Origin: a virus
Lineage: Duplodnaviria; Caudoviricetes
Virus record (IMG/VR): IMGVR_UViG_3300048998_000206
Coordinates: 1 to 41,081 of that record
Direction: 5' to 3' (one strand)
Length of the DNA stretch: 41,081 nucleotides
Position numbers and translations under genes: made by a program. Shown here one piece after another: positions 16,401-24,673 of this stretch. Each line of letters begins with the position of its first letter. Position 1 is the first letter of the stretch. The notes beneath the pieces are model-generated. The model searched no databases and had not been told where the DNA came from. It saw nothing but the letters and a program-made list of their open reading frames with translations.

Positions 16401-16966
16401 GCACCGGCGTCGGCGAACACCAGGATTCGACTCGCGAGCGCGACCACACGCGGCCGGCTGACCGCGTTCGGTAATGCGGTCGGCGCGACCGTCACCGACC
16501 CCGTGACCTTGTCGAGCGCTGCGGCGTACACCTTCGCTCCCTCGGTCCACGCGATCACCACCGTGTTGCCGAGTTCGGCGCGATCGCCGTCGATCTGGTC
16601 GCCGTTCGTCGCGCACACGGAGCGCTCATCGATCGCCACCGCTAGGTGCGTACCTCGCGGTGACCAAGCCGACAGCTTGTCGTTCCAGCTGTAGACCCCG
16701 ACGTCGGTGAACAGCACGAGCTCGTCGCCGTACGGGACGATCTTCCGGACGTTCGACAGCGTGCCGCCGCCGACGATCGCGCCGTTCTCGGGCCCGTAGG
16801 GGTACCGGGTCTGCATCCCACCCGAGATGTCAAACTGCGCGTCCTGACAGACGTCCATGAACGGCGACGGCCGCACGCGCGGGTCGACGCGATTGCGGAG
16901 TCCGCCGGCAAGCGGCAGCTGGATCGCCTGCCAGTAGGTGCCCTGGTATCCGTCGTTGGGTGGCAT
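13475..16966 (-). CDS. Tail nozzle/stabilisation protein (tail tubular protein B / P22 gp10-like, beta-propeller)
   Basis: 1163 aa, beta-rich; RVFLAG...RVWYS, ITAVRVFEEYIYVFRTTSIY and STDVGAVS...VIFKSRKG blade motifs; follows the adaptor genes. Confidence 0.75.
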   Translation of the reverse strand: MPPNDGYQGTYWQAIQLPLAGGLRNRVDPRVRPSPFMDVCQDAQFDISGGMQTRYPYGPENGAIVGGGTLSNVRKIVPYGDELVLFTDVGVYSWNDKLSAWSPRGTHLAVAIDERSVCATNGDQIDGDRAELGNTVVIAWTEGAKVYAAALDKVTGSVTVAPTALPNAVSRPRVVALASRILVFADAGAGVLGVRAIDPAAPAAGIASIATLVTSVFNAYYDVVRAGSQDLCVGACRNTTTTSHTVFAVTSALAVTTTVKARTADGPVAVSTIPDGSKLQIVRASSTNIQGDLLTTATFADVFTAQAIGTANATPVNQIAAAHRSVINGSGYRCYVFWSAAEDPNFGVLFQTKTNWADTANTIGAQSVIVNGLGVGSRAFDDNGSVFVWMTFGQLSVFAGDVALASVSQAQNAYMLYRDDGFIAAKAAYDIGGGLRPNIGLLPGVALTGPRTYSWIGTARRRIVLNNGSSMFTARTPHDITFVFDSNTARRCARLGRTLYIAAGEILQYDGVRITEVGFHFYPWSFDVLKAGTGNVANGTYAYKVTWRWTNAKGEAERSTTATIGTATMSAGPAGFTTGQLAPLNATHKTMTDGAIAAEIWRTEVNGDADEPFFLATNPNPTSLTNPNKYIANNAAGSFEPSPAWRDEMPDTTLRLQEANPENGLVLEDLVPPAATLITSTDTRVFLAGIAGDPDRVWYSKLRVDGTIAAFHDTLTMDVPRTGGAITAVRVFEEYIYVFRTTSIYRLGGVGLNNEGVGQNYGPATVVSTDVGAVSDESVALFAGGVIFKSRKGWQVLGSNGAITDISKMVSDYDVEDVLAIDVVETQFQVRVLTAARVIMWDYDANQWGTWSVVGGVTACMYRGTHVVATSAGTRMQLATYDGVDYGMDVQVAWLKPANMTADAQNDRAPGGQGRGLVRTVQPLGEVRVGGQYGAGLRVRISYDYIEDVVDDRTWWSGDGAVPRTLQLRHDTARRRCQAMRVRLTAIGPQGQSSAALDMSTLSQPVLTSGAPWAAQWITGVIGDNGNRIALLLYFDAGAPGSDPVVEVREHMAWVPVANRWLAARNVVGVHVTCDPAAPITVGALEAAIVAGLSSDLVILDSGDPAPGKTLDVVTLAGDQRGGGFDGGVYGVPTGEALRLTGLGVEVGLEPGIYRRLPPAQEQ

Positions 16967-17361
16967 CACATCACCATGAGGTCGACGCTGATGGGTGCGC
17001 CGTAGCCATCGGCGCGCAGGACCACGTAGCGATCACGGTCGACCGGGCCAGCGAACACGCCGGTCAGCTTTCCATCGCTCACGTCGCGGATCACGCCAGC
17101 CGACAGCGCGCCGCGGACCGCGGACACGATGACGCAGCCCGGGCGCCGGCCGAGCTTGTGCGCGACGTAGACATTCGTGGCGTCGGCCAGTTCGACGTCG
17201 CTGACCACGCGAATCCCCGCAGCGGGGAGGAGCTGCAGCTCGTGGATCGACTGGGCGGTCGCGGCCGCGACCCGATCGGCAGCCGGGTCGGCCGTGTCCA
17301 TGACGAGCGCCGGCGACAGCGATGGCCGCGCGGTGGTCAGCGGGCGACGGCGGCCCGCCAC
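16966..17361 (-). CDS. Putative structural protein (131 aa)
   Basis: VAHKLGRRP motif of the kind seen in small tail proteins; lies between adaptor and nozzle. Confidence 0.6.
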   Translation of the reverse strand: MAGRRRPLTTARPSLSPALVMDTADPAADRVAAATAQSIHELQLLPAAGIRVVSDVELADATNVYVAHKLGRRPGCVIVSAVRGALSAGVIRDVSDGKLTGVFAGPVDRDRYVVLRADGYGAPISVDLMVM

Positions 17362-17362
17362 G

Positions 17363-18055
17363 CTAGCAGCCCCGCCAGCCGCGGCGCCGGCCGTACAACG
17401 CGCGGAGCTCGTGCACGCGCTGCCGCTTGGGCTGCGTCAGCGAGCGCTGCACCGCCCAGGACAGCAACCGGGTAGCGGCCGCGTCGCGCTCGGCAACCGC
17501 CCGGGTCTGGTTCGAATCGTCGCGGTGCAGCGCGATCGCCGCGGTGCCCCACTCGATGAGGTCGCGCCCGCTCTGCGTCAGCACGTCGACGATGGTCAGG
17601 TCGCTGGCGGTCGAGAGGTCGGTCGGCTGCGGCACGTAGATGTGCTTGTAGACGCCGCGCGTGGTCGATGGGTAGAGCCGGAGCGAGTTGCCGATCATCG
17701 CCCAGCCCAACGCCTCAGAGGCATTCGGCCGCGTGAGCTCGTTGCGCTCCTCGATCATCACCTCGTCGAGCTCGCACCTCCACCCGCCACCGCGCACCAC
17801 GTCGACGCCGATCGACATGTAGTGGTCGTCGGGCAGCTGCAGGGTGCTGGGATCGAGATCGACCTCGACCTCGAAGCACCGCGCGCCCGTCGGGACGACG
17901 GTCTCGTGCAGCCGGCCGTACATCGCCGACACGCGCTGTTTCCACTCGGCCGGATCGATCTGGCTGTCGGCGATCGCGCCCGCCTGCGTCGCAACCCGAT
18001 TCGCGAGCTGCTGCGAGCTGCGCACCAACTCGGTGAGCGCGACCTTCATCGCCAT
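17363..18055 (-). CDS. Head-tail adaptor-like protein (230 aa)
   Basis: N-terminal helices, QLPDD, LRLYP...YVPQPTDL and LIEWGTAAIAL fit the podovirus adaptor pattern; synteny. Confidence 0.65.
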   Translation of the reverse strand: MAMKVALTELVRSSQQLANRVATQAGAIADSQIDPAEWKQRVSAMYGRLHETVVPTGARCFEVEVDLDPSTLQLPDDHYMSIGVDVVRGGGWRCELDEVMIEERNELTRPNASEALGWAMIGNSLRLYPSTTRGVYKHIYVPQPTDLSTASDLTIVDVLTQSGRDLIEWGTAAIALHRDDSNQTRAVAERDAAATRLLSWAVQRSLTQPKRQRVHELRALYGRRRGWRGC

Positions 18056-18057
18056 GA

Positions 18058-18438
18058 TCAGACCTTGTAGACCCTGAAGACCATCTCGAACGTCACGAAC
18101 TCGTTGACCTTGAGATCGATCAAGTTGTTGGCGCCGTCGTAGATGTTCAGCGCCATCGTCTTGGTCGTCGGAGCGTACAGTCCCGCGACCAGGTCGTAGC
18201 CCTTGACGTTGGCCGGGACGGTCGACTGAAAGAAGTCCCCGACAGGCCCGATCGGCTGGCCGATGCGATCGTCGAGCGGGTCCCACGTCAGGGTGATGAG
18301 GCCGACGCCAGCGTAGGTGACGCGCACGCCGGACCCGAACACCTTGGAGACCGCGCCGCCTGTGCCAGCGCCCGTGAGCCGCATCCACACGCGACGGGTC
18401 TCGGGCTCCGACACCAGGGTAGGATAGAAATCAGACAT
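18058..18438 (-). CDS. Putative virion protein (126 aa)
   Basis: GGAG RBS, beta-rich, head module position. Confidence 0.65.
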   Translation of the reverse strand: MSDFYPTLVSEPETRRVWMRLTGAGTGGAVSKVFGSGVRVTYAGVGLITLTWDPLDDRIGQPIGPVGDFFQSTVPANVKGYDLVAGLYAPTTKTMALNIYDGANNLIDLKVNEFVTFEMVFRVYKV

Positions 18439-18480
18439 TCGGGTAGCTCCTGGCCCGGCGTCGCCGCGGCCCGTTGGTGG

Positions 18481-18705
18481 TCAGATCGAGACGGTCGCGA
18501 CGACGAGGCCGCCCGGCACATCGGGGTCATCGGCGAGCTCGAGGTCGATCGCCTTGAGCTGGCTCACCGCCGCGCCGAGGTCGAAGCCGTCCTCCGTGCT
18601 GTCGATCTTGTCGCCGGCCCTCGCCTTCGACCAGTCCTTGATCTTCGTCTTGCGGGCCGTCGGCGTGCCCGGGCTCGTGTCGCTGTCGGTGTCCTTGTTC
18701 GCCAT
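18481..18705 (-). CDS. Hypothetical protein (74 aa)
   Basis: ATG with GGAG upstream; fills the gap in the late operon. Confidence 0.65.
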   Translation of the reverse strand: MANKDTDSDTSPGTPTARKTKIKDWSKARAGDKIDSTEDGFDLGAAVSQLKAIDLELADDPDVPGGLVVATVSI

Positions 18706-18748
18706 CTTGTTCTCCGTGGTTGGATTGCTGTCGCGAACCGTCGAACGA

Positions 18749-19495
18749 TCAGCGCTCGGCGTGGCCGACGGTGACCTTGTAGACCGCGGCCGCGGTCTGC
18801 GATGGCGCGTAGAGGTGGAGCAGGAACTGGTCGTTGGCGCCGAGGATGACCGGCGGCATCGGGATGACGCGCGCGCTCGGCGCCGCGGCGATGATCGACC
18901 CGACCGCGGCCGACTCGCCGAACCGGAAGAGGTACTGGTCACCGGCGATCGCGATCGACGGCCGCAGCACGCCCGAACCCATGCGGCGGGCGTTCGACGT
19001 TGGGGCGGACGCGACCAGCGGCCCGCACTTGATCGTGCCGGCCGGCGTCAGGGTGCTCTGCATGTTCGGGTTCACGATGGTCAGCGCCGTGCCGGCCGTG
19101 GCCGAACGGTCATTGCCCGCGTCGCACTCGGCGGCCCAGTTGTCGCTGGTGCCGTTCGCGCCCGGCGTGACCACCGAAATGTGAATGAAGTCGAGGTAGA
19201 GCCGCTTGCCCTCGCTCGTCGCGCTGGCGTTCTTCACGATCAGGAACGGCTTCGTGAAGAGGTCGGCGAGCACCGGCGCCGCGTGGCCGGCGATCGTGGT
19301 CGCCGCGTCGATCACCGGGTGCTGCGAATAGAAGTAGGCCCCCTCGTCGGCGAGCGTCCACATCTTCTCGCCGAACAGCGGCTGGTTGATCAGCTCGCCG
19401 CGGCGGCTGCCGCGCAGCGGGCCACGGGTTCCGGGGGCGATCGCCGCCGGCTGGTTGCGGTTCGCCTGCACGTTGAGATTCTGGTCGGTTCCCAT
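18749..19495 (-). CDS. Putative minor capsid/decoration protein (248 aa)
   Basis: Immediately downstream of the major capsid gene; GGAG RBS; beta-rich. Confidence 0.55.
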   Translation of the reverse strand: MGTDQNLNVQANRNQPAAIAPGTRGPLRGSRRGELINQPLFGEKMWTLADEGAYFYSQHPVIDAATTIAGHAAPVLADLFTKPFLIVKNASATSEGKRLYLDFIHISVVTPGANGTSDNWAAECDAGNDRSATAGTALTIVNPNMQSTLTPAGTIKCGPLVASAPTSNARRMGSGVLRPSIAIAGDQYLFRFGESAAVGSIIAAAPSARVIPMPPVILGANDQFLLHLYAPSQTAAAVYKVTVGHAER

Positions 19496-19539
19496 GGTCG
19501 TCTCCGTCGATGTTTCTGAGGTGTTGTCCGGCGAGCCGG

Positions 19540-20763
19540 TTACGGGTTGATGGACTGCAGCGAGCAGACGCCCTGCGCCGCGGTGTCGTCCTGGATCAGG
19601 TTGCAGTACGACTCGATCCGGCACTCGACGCCGTTCTCGTCGGTCTGGCGCAGCATCTCGTTGCCGTCCATGTCGATGACGTGGGGCAGGCCGCCGAGGT
19701 GCTTGACGTACTGCGAGCCCTTGCGGCTGACACGGCCGCGGATCATCGGGCAGTCCGGATCCGAGAACAGCTTCATCGACCCGGCGCTCGTGTGGATCAT
19801 GATGTACTGGAACCCGAAGTTCGCGGTGCCGCCGCCGTCGTCGTACATGACCTTGGCGTTGAGCCGCTGGGCCGCGTTGAAGAAGTGCGTCGGGTTGACG
19901 AACCCCTGGTCCACGTTGTGGCTCTTGCCGATCTTGCTGATCTTGATCATCAGCTTGCCGAGCGCGATCTCGGCGTTGAGGTCGGTGTCGTCGATCCGCG
20001 AGCCGGCGAGCCGGTTCGGGTTCGAGCCGCGATCCTCGTCGCGGAACATGTCGGCGCCGAGGATCGGCTTCGCGAGCGGCGTGCAGACCTCCATGCCCTG
20101 CATGCAGGTACCCGGGTCGCCATCGCGGAACAGGTAATCACCGACCTGGATGTTGCCGGTGATGTCGGTGATGTCGTCGAACTGGACCGTGCCCGCGTCC
20201 TCGTCGACCATCACGACGAACGTGGTTCCGGCCTTCGGCGACAGACCCGTCGCCGAGTCGTCGGCGATGATGGTCATGTCCTCCTTGAAGTTGCGCGCGT
20301 CGTCGAGGCTGGCCAGCGTGACCGTGTTCCCCGAGATGCTGCCGACCTGGCCGCGCAAGCCAGAGGTGTCGCGATAGAAGTCGAACGCGAGCGAGTCGCC
20401 GAGCTCCTCGAGCACGCGATCGGTCTCCATCGTGACCAGGCTGAAGAACGCGCCCTTGTTGCTCTCGGACGCGAGCGCGGACTCGCCATCGATCGTGACG
20501 ATGCCGTACTTCGGCGTGCGGAACGCGCGGAACTTCTTGCCCTTGGTGCCGCTGGCGTTGCGCCGCGCGGCCGCGAAGCTGCCCGACACGCCCTGCGGGT
20601 TGCCGTAGCGAACCGGGTACGAGAACGACTCTCCGTCGAACCCGCCCTCCTTTTCGATCATGGCCCACCACACGTGATCGCGCATGGTCAGATCGGCGAT
20701 CTGGTGGTCGGAGTACTCGCGCTTGTAGATGAACCGGACGGTATCGAGAGTCGATGCGGACAT
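19540..20763 (-). CDS. Major capsid protein (407 aa)
   Basis: Size, position after portal and scaffold, and HK97-fold-like organisation (long backbone helix ETDRVLEELGDSLAFDFYRD, C-terminal YCNL strand). Confidence 0.8.
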   Translation of the reverse strand: MSASTLDTVRFIYKREYSDHQIADLTMRDHVWWAMIEKEGGFDGESFSYPVRYGNPQGVSGSFAAARRNASGTKGKKFRAFRTPKYGIVTIDGESALASESNKGAFFSLVTMETDRVLEELGDSLAFDFYRDTSGLRGQVGSISGNTVTLASLDDARNFKEDMTIIADDSATGLSPKAGTTFVVMVDEDAGTVQFDDITDITGNIQVGDYLFRDGDPGTCMQGMEVCTPLAKPILGADMFRDEDRGSNPNRLAGSRIDDTDLNAEIALGKLMIKISKIGKSHNVDQGFVNPTHFFNAAQRLNAKVMYDDGGGTANFGFQYIMIHTSAGSMKLFSDPDCPMIRGRVSRKGSQYVKHLGGLPHVIDMDGNEMLRQTDENGVECRIESYCNLIQDDTAAQGVCSLQSINP

Positions 20764-20811
20764 GGGGTCTCCCCGCGTCCGCGGGCGAACCGCGTGGTGG
20801 CCGACCGCAGG

Positions 20812-22053
20812 CTAGCTGTGCTTGCCCTGCTCGAGCAGTCGCCGGGTCTCGGCGCGATGCTCTCGTCCACCCAGGCTCGGCCGCGGCACACGTGCTGTGC
20901 TGAGGTCGGAGCTGAGCGTGGTCGCCGGGGTCTTCTTCTCGGCAGGTTTTCCGGTCGGCTTCGATTCGCGCGTCGGTCGTGCGATGCCCAGCTCGTCGAG
21001 CTGCTCACCGCGGAGCTTTTCAAAGTGCGCGATCACGTCGCGCGGGTCGGGCGCGGGGCCCGACGGGTCATCGCCGTTCTGGTGCAGGTCGACAGCGGCC
21101 TCCCAGAGCTGGGCCTCGAGCTTGCGCCGGCGCGTAGCGGCAGCCTTGCGATCCTCGGGCGTGGCATCCGCCGCGGACGCGGCCTTCTCGAGCGCGGTCG
21201 CCGCGATCGGAAACTCGTCGGCGATCGCCGCGACCGCGTCGTCGAGGTACTCGCGCTGCCGCGTCGAGAACTCCGCGGCGCGGTCCTTGTCCTCGAGCTT
21301 CTTCTCGAGCTTCTCGATGCGGCTCGCGTTCGCGATGTCGCGCTCCTCGAGCTCCTCGGCTTGGCGCAGATCGCGCGTGATGCGCTCGACGTGCTTCTGT
21401 CGCGCGGGGTCCGCTTTGCCGGCGGGCGACAGCGAGTAAAGCACCTGCGCCATGGTCTCGAAGTGCGTCTCCGTCAGGCCGAGCGACGACATCAGCTTCG
21501 CGAGCTTCGCGGGGTTGTTCACCGCTGCCTTCGCCTCCCCGCGCATCCTCTCGAACTCCTCGACGGCCTTCTGCCGTGGGGCCCATTTCTCCTCGAGCTG
21601 CTTGTCGGCCTTCTCGAGATCGGCGCGCTCGGTGGCGATCTGCGCGCGCGCACGCTTCTCCGCGTCGGTGATCTTGCCGATCCGGCGCGTGGTCTCGGGG
21701 TCGTCCTCCGCCTCACGGGCGGGCTTCTTCTCGGTCTCGGGCTTCTTCGCGGCCGCCCGGCCGCCGGGCTGCTCGCTGCCGCCGCCATCGTCGAGATCGG
21801 GGTCGTCATCCGCCGCCGCCGGCGGCGGCGCCGCGGCGCGCTCAACCGGCTGGCGCGGCGGCGTGCTCGGCTTGGCGTCGTCGAGCTTGCCGGATCGCAG
21901 CGCGGCCAGCGTGTCGGCGCGGCCGGCCCGAGCCCGCTGCGATGCCGCGACGCCCGGCGCCGGCCGATCGAGCAGCCCGGCCCGACCGCCGGTGTCGCCG
22001 GTCGGGGAGGGGCCGGCGGGCGTCGCGGTCACGTCGGGTGTCGGTCCGGCCAT
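20812..22053 (-). CDS. Capsid scaffolding protein (413 aa)
   Basis: Acidic/Pro-rich N-terminus and charged coiled-coil body, between portal and capsid. Confidence 0.75.
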   Translation of the reverse strand: MAGPTPDVTATPAGPSPTGDTGGRAGLLDRPAPGVAASQRARAGRADTLAALRSGKLDDAKPSTPPRQPVERAAAPPPAAADDDPDLDDGGGSEQPGGRAAAKKPETEKKPAREAEDDPETTRRIGKITDAEKRARAQIATERADLEKADKQLEEKWAPRQKAVEEFERMRGEAKAAVNNPAKLAKLMSSLGLTETHFETMAQVLYSLSPAGKADPARQKHVERITRDLRQAEELEERDIANASRIEKLEKKLEDKDRAAEFSTRQREYLDDAVAAIADEFPIAATALEKAASAADATPEDRKAAATRRRKLEAQLWEAAVDLHQNGDDPSGPAPDPRDVIAHFEKLRGEQLDELGIARPTRESKPTGKPAEKKTPATTLSSDLSTARVPRPSLGGREHRAETRRLLEQGKHS

Positions 22054-22097
22054 CCCCGATCAGATATCACCACCAACAGGCGGTACGCCAGCGTTTG

Positions 22098-24005
22098 CTA
22101 TCCGGCCGACGGAAGGAGCTGCATCGCCTGGGGGGCGAAGGCCGAGCTTGGCGCCATCGGGTTCGGCGGCCCGGGCGGCATCCCCGGCGCGCCGGTCGGA
22201 GTCAGCTCGGCGCCCGGCGGCAGCGATCCGGGTGCGCCCGGCGGCATCGCGGCGCCCGGCGCGGTGGCCTGGGCAAAGAGGTGGGCAGCGAGCACCGTGT
22301 AGGTCCGGAGGGCCTCGAGCGTCTCGGACGGTACGTTCAGATCGCGGTACTTCAGGTACGCGGCCTGGCCCATCCGGCTCATCAGCTGGAGGTTGCCGAA
22401 CGGCTCGGGGACCACGGTCAGATCGTCGAACACGATCGCCTCGAGGTCGCGCTCCACCGACTCCATGCCCTGCGTGTACAGCGACAGGACGTGGTCGAGG
22501 TCGGGATGTTTCGTCAGGCGCCTCCACTCGTCGGTCGAGATGACGCCGGCCTGCGCCCATTCGAGCGCGGTCTGCGCTCGGCCCGCAGGCGAGCGCGACA
22601 GCGTGGAGGCCGCGGCGATCTGGACGCGCAGCGTGTCGCGGCTGACGTCCTTCCACCGGATCTTCCGCTCGCCGTACTTCGCCGGCCGGGAAATCTCCGG
22701 TGCCCGCGGGCCAAGCTGCTTGCAGATCCACAGCACGAGAATGAACGTGTCGAGCACGCCGGTCTCGAACATCTTCTCCTGCGGCGCGAAGCGCTGCGTC
22801 GTCTGGTCGCGGTACTCGCGCAGGCCGACAGCCGACTCGATGCCGGCCGGCTTCGTCGCGCTCGCCGCCAGCCGCGAGACGCCCGACTCTTCGAACGCCG
22901 AGCCCTTGAGCTGCTCGCGGTGCTGGTAGACCTCGGGGCTATTCGCCTGCGGCGTCACGGTGGTCGGCGGCCGGCCGCGGATGATCGCGACGGTGCCGAG
23001 CCGGCTGATGCTCTGCACCTGGAGGTTCGCGTCCGCCATGTCCACGTACGTCGTCGGCACGGCGTACTGATCGAGGTTCCGATCGATCTGCCAGTTGCGC
23101 TTGTTGAGCGCGCGCTGGATTCCAGCGATGCGCTCGGCGAGCGAGATCGCGTAGAAGCTGGTGTCACGCTCGGACCACGAGAACACGGCGAACGGGAAGA
23201 AGTCGTCCTCCCATTCCTCATCGAGGAGGTCGCAGCCATCGATCACGATCGTGTGCCGGCCGGCCCGATAACCCTCCATGCCCGACACGCCGATGGGCAG
23301 CCGCCAGCTCTCCACGACAACGACCCCGAATCGGTCGACCGGGCGATAGCCGGCCCAGCGGTGGAGGTCCTGCATCCGGCCGGTCGCCTGATCGATCTCC
23401 GAGACCTTGTCGGGGAAGCGCGCCTTGAGCTCCTCGGGGTCGGCGTTGAGCATCCGGTGGTGCATCTGCCGAGGCGTGCCTCCGTCGCGGCACTCGGCGT
23501 CGTCCACGATGATGTTGTCGATCATCACGTTCTCGACGCGCACGCGATCGAACGCGTCGGCGAACACCTTGAGCAACCCGACGCCCTTCTTCGCGGATTG
23601 CTTGAACGCCTTGGAGGCGTGCTTGTGCAGGTCGAGCAGCTTGCCGAGTCCCTCGGCGTACCACTCGAGCATCGTCGCGGTCCGCTGCACCGACCATTCG
23701 GCGTCGTCGGTCATGAACCGGGCCCGCACCTCGGTCGCGGCGATCGCGGCGTGCACGGTGTCGACGTTCGATGCGACGACGTTCTCGATCGCCATCCCGA
23801 TTCCCTCGACGTCCTCGTAGTTCGAGGCCGAACGGCAGTTCGGATCGTAGAGGTGCTCGAGCTGCAGGAACCGCGTGAACACGTCGAACTGGTCGCGCTC
23901 GAGCTGCCACACGTACGGCAACAGCACGCGGTTGACGCTGCCAGGCTCGGAGTTCCACCACAGGTTCCGATCGGGCGAGATTGCATTGCTGCGACGACGA
24001 CGCAT
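22098..24005 (-). CDS. Portal protein (635 aa)
   Basis: Size, position downstream of TerL, helical podoviral portal pattern (FFPFAVF, SGVSRLA) and a Pro/Gly/Met-rich C-terminal tail. Confidence 0.85.
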   Translation of the reverse strand: MRRRRSNAISPDRNLWWNSEPGSVNRVLLPYVWQLERDQFDVFTRFLQLEHLYDPNCRSASNYEDVEGIGMAIENVVASNVDTVHAAIAATEVRARFMTDDAEWSVQRTATMLEWYAEGLGKLLDLHKHASKAFKQSAKKGVGLLKVFADAFDRVRVENVMIDNIIVDDAECRDGGTPRQMHHRMLNADPEELKARFPDKVSEIDQATGRMQDLHRWAGYRPVDRFGVVVVESWRLPIGVSGMEGYRAGRHTIVIDGCDLLDEEWEDDFFPFAVFSWSERDTSFYAISLAERIAGIQRALNKRNWQIDRNLDQYAVPTTYVDMADANLQVQSISRLGTVAIIRGRPPTTVTPQANSPEVYQHREQLKGSAFEESGVSRLAASATKPAGIESAVGLREYRDQTTQRFAPQEKMFETGVLDTFILVLWICKQLGPRAPEISRPAKYGERKIRWKDVSRDTLRVQIAAASTLSRSPAGRAQTALEWAQAGVISTDEWRRLTKHPDLDHVLSLYTQGMESVERDLEAIVFDDLTVVPEPFGNLQLMSRMGQAAYLKYRDLNVPSETLEALRTYTVLAAHLFAQATAPGAAMPPGAPGSLPPGAELTPTGAPGMPPGPPNPMAPSSAFAPQAMQLLPSAG

Positions 24006-24014
24006 GGTGTCCTC

Positions 24015-24359
24015 CTACTGGACGAGCTTGAGCTCGAAAACGTGGGCGGTCGCCCGGGTCTCCGCGCTGATCGCGGTCGCGACCCACACGAGCTTGCTGC
24101 CTTCGGGCGGCGCGGGCGTGGCTCCGGTGTCGACGATCACGAAGTGGTGCCGGCGCTGCGATTCGCCCGGCCGGGTCTCGACGAACAGCGTCAGCTGCTC
24201 CTCGAACTCCGGCTCGCCGCGCGCCATCACCAGCCGCGGCCGCGGCATGAACGACGCAGCCCGCACGATGCCCGGCCCGGCGATGGTGAACGACACCTCG
24301 GTGATCCGCTTGCCGTGGGTGAGGTCGATCGGAATCGCGCCGATCATGACCGCGCTCAC
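24015..24359 (-). CDS. Hypothetical phage protein (114 aa)
   Basis: GTGA coupling; the C-terminal F..vdTG...vaT....HVFE pattern is common in phages. Confidence 0.7.
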   Translation of the reverse strand: MSAVMIGAIPIDLTHGKRITEVSFTIAGPGIVRAASFMPRPRLVMARGEPEFEEQLTLFVETRPGESQRRHHFVIVDTGATPAPPEGSKLVWVATAISAETRATAHVFELKLVQ

Positions 24360-24661
24360 CGTGACTGCTCCGGCGGCGACGGGTACTCGCGGCTCTTGAT
24401 CGTGGCCGCGGTGTCGTCCACGTACCTCGGCACGTGGCCGCCGGGGAAGGTCGATGGATCTCGCATCGGGTCGACCCGCTGCCGCGCCACCGGATCCGCG
24501 GCCGGCGTGGCCTGGCCGGCGGGGACCGGCAGCGCAGGCGCGAGCCGGAGGTCGACGCCGCCGATCGTGATGGCCGTGTAGCCCGCGGTGATCAGCCGCG
24601 GTCCGGCCTCGATGATGACCTCGAGCATCGAACGCATGTCGCCTGGATCCATGTGGGCCAC
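24356..24661 (-). CDS. Hypothetical protein (~100 aa)
   Basis: Fills the gap between TerL and the next gene; start uncertain (24661 or 24652). Confidence 0.7.
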   Translation of the reverse strand: MAHMDPGDMRSMLEVIIEAGPRLITAGYTAITIGGVDLRLAPALPVPAGQATPAADPVARQRVDPMRDPSTFPGGHVPRYVDDTAATIKSREYPSPPEQSR

Positions 24662-24673
24662 GATGCCAGATCC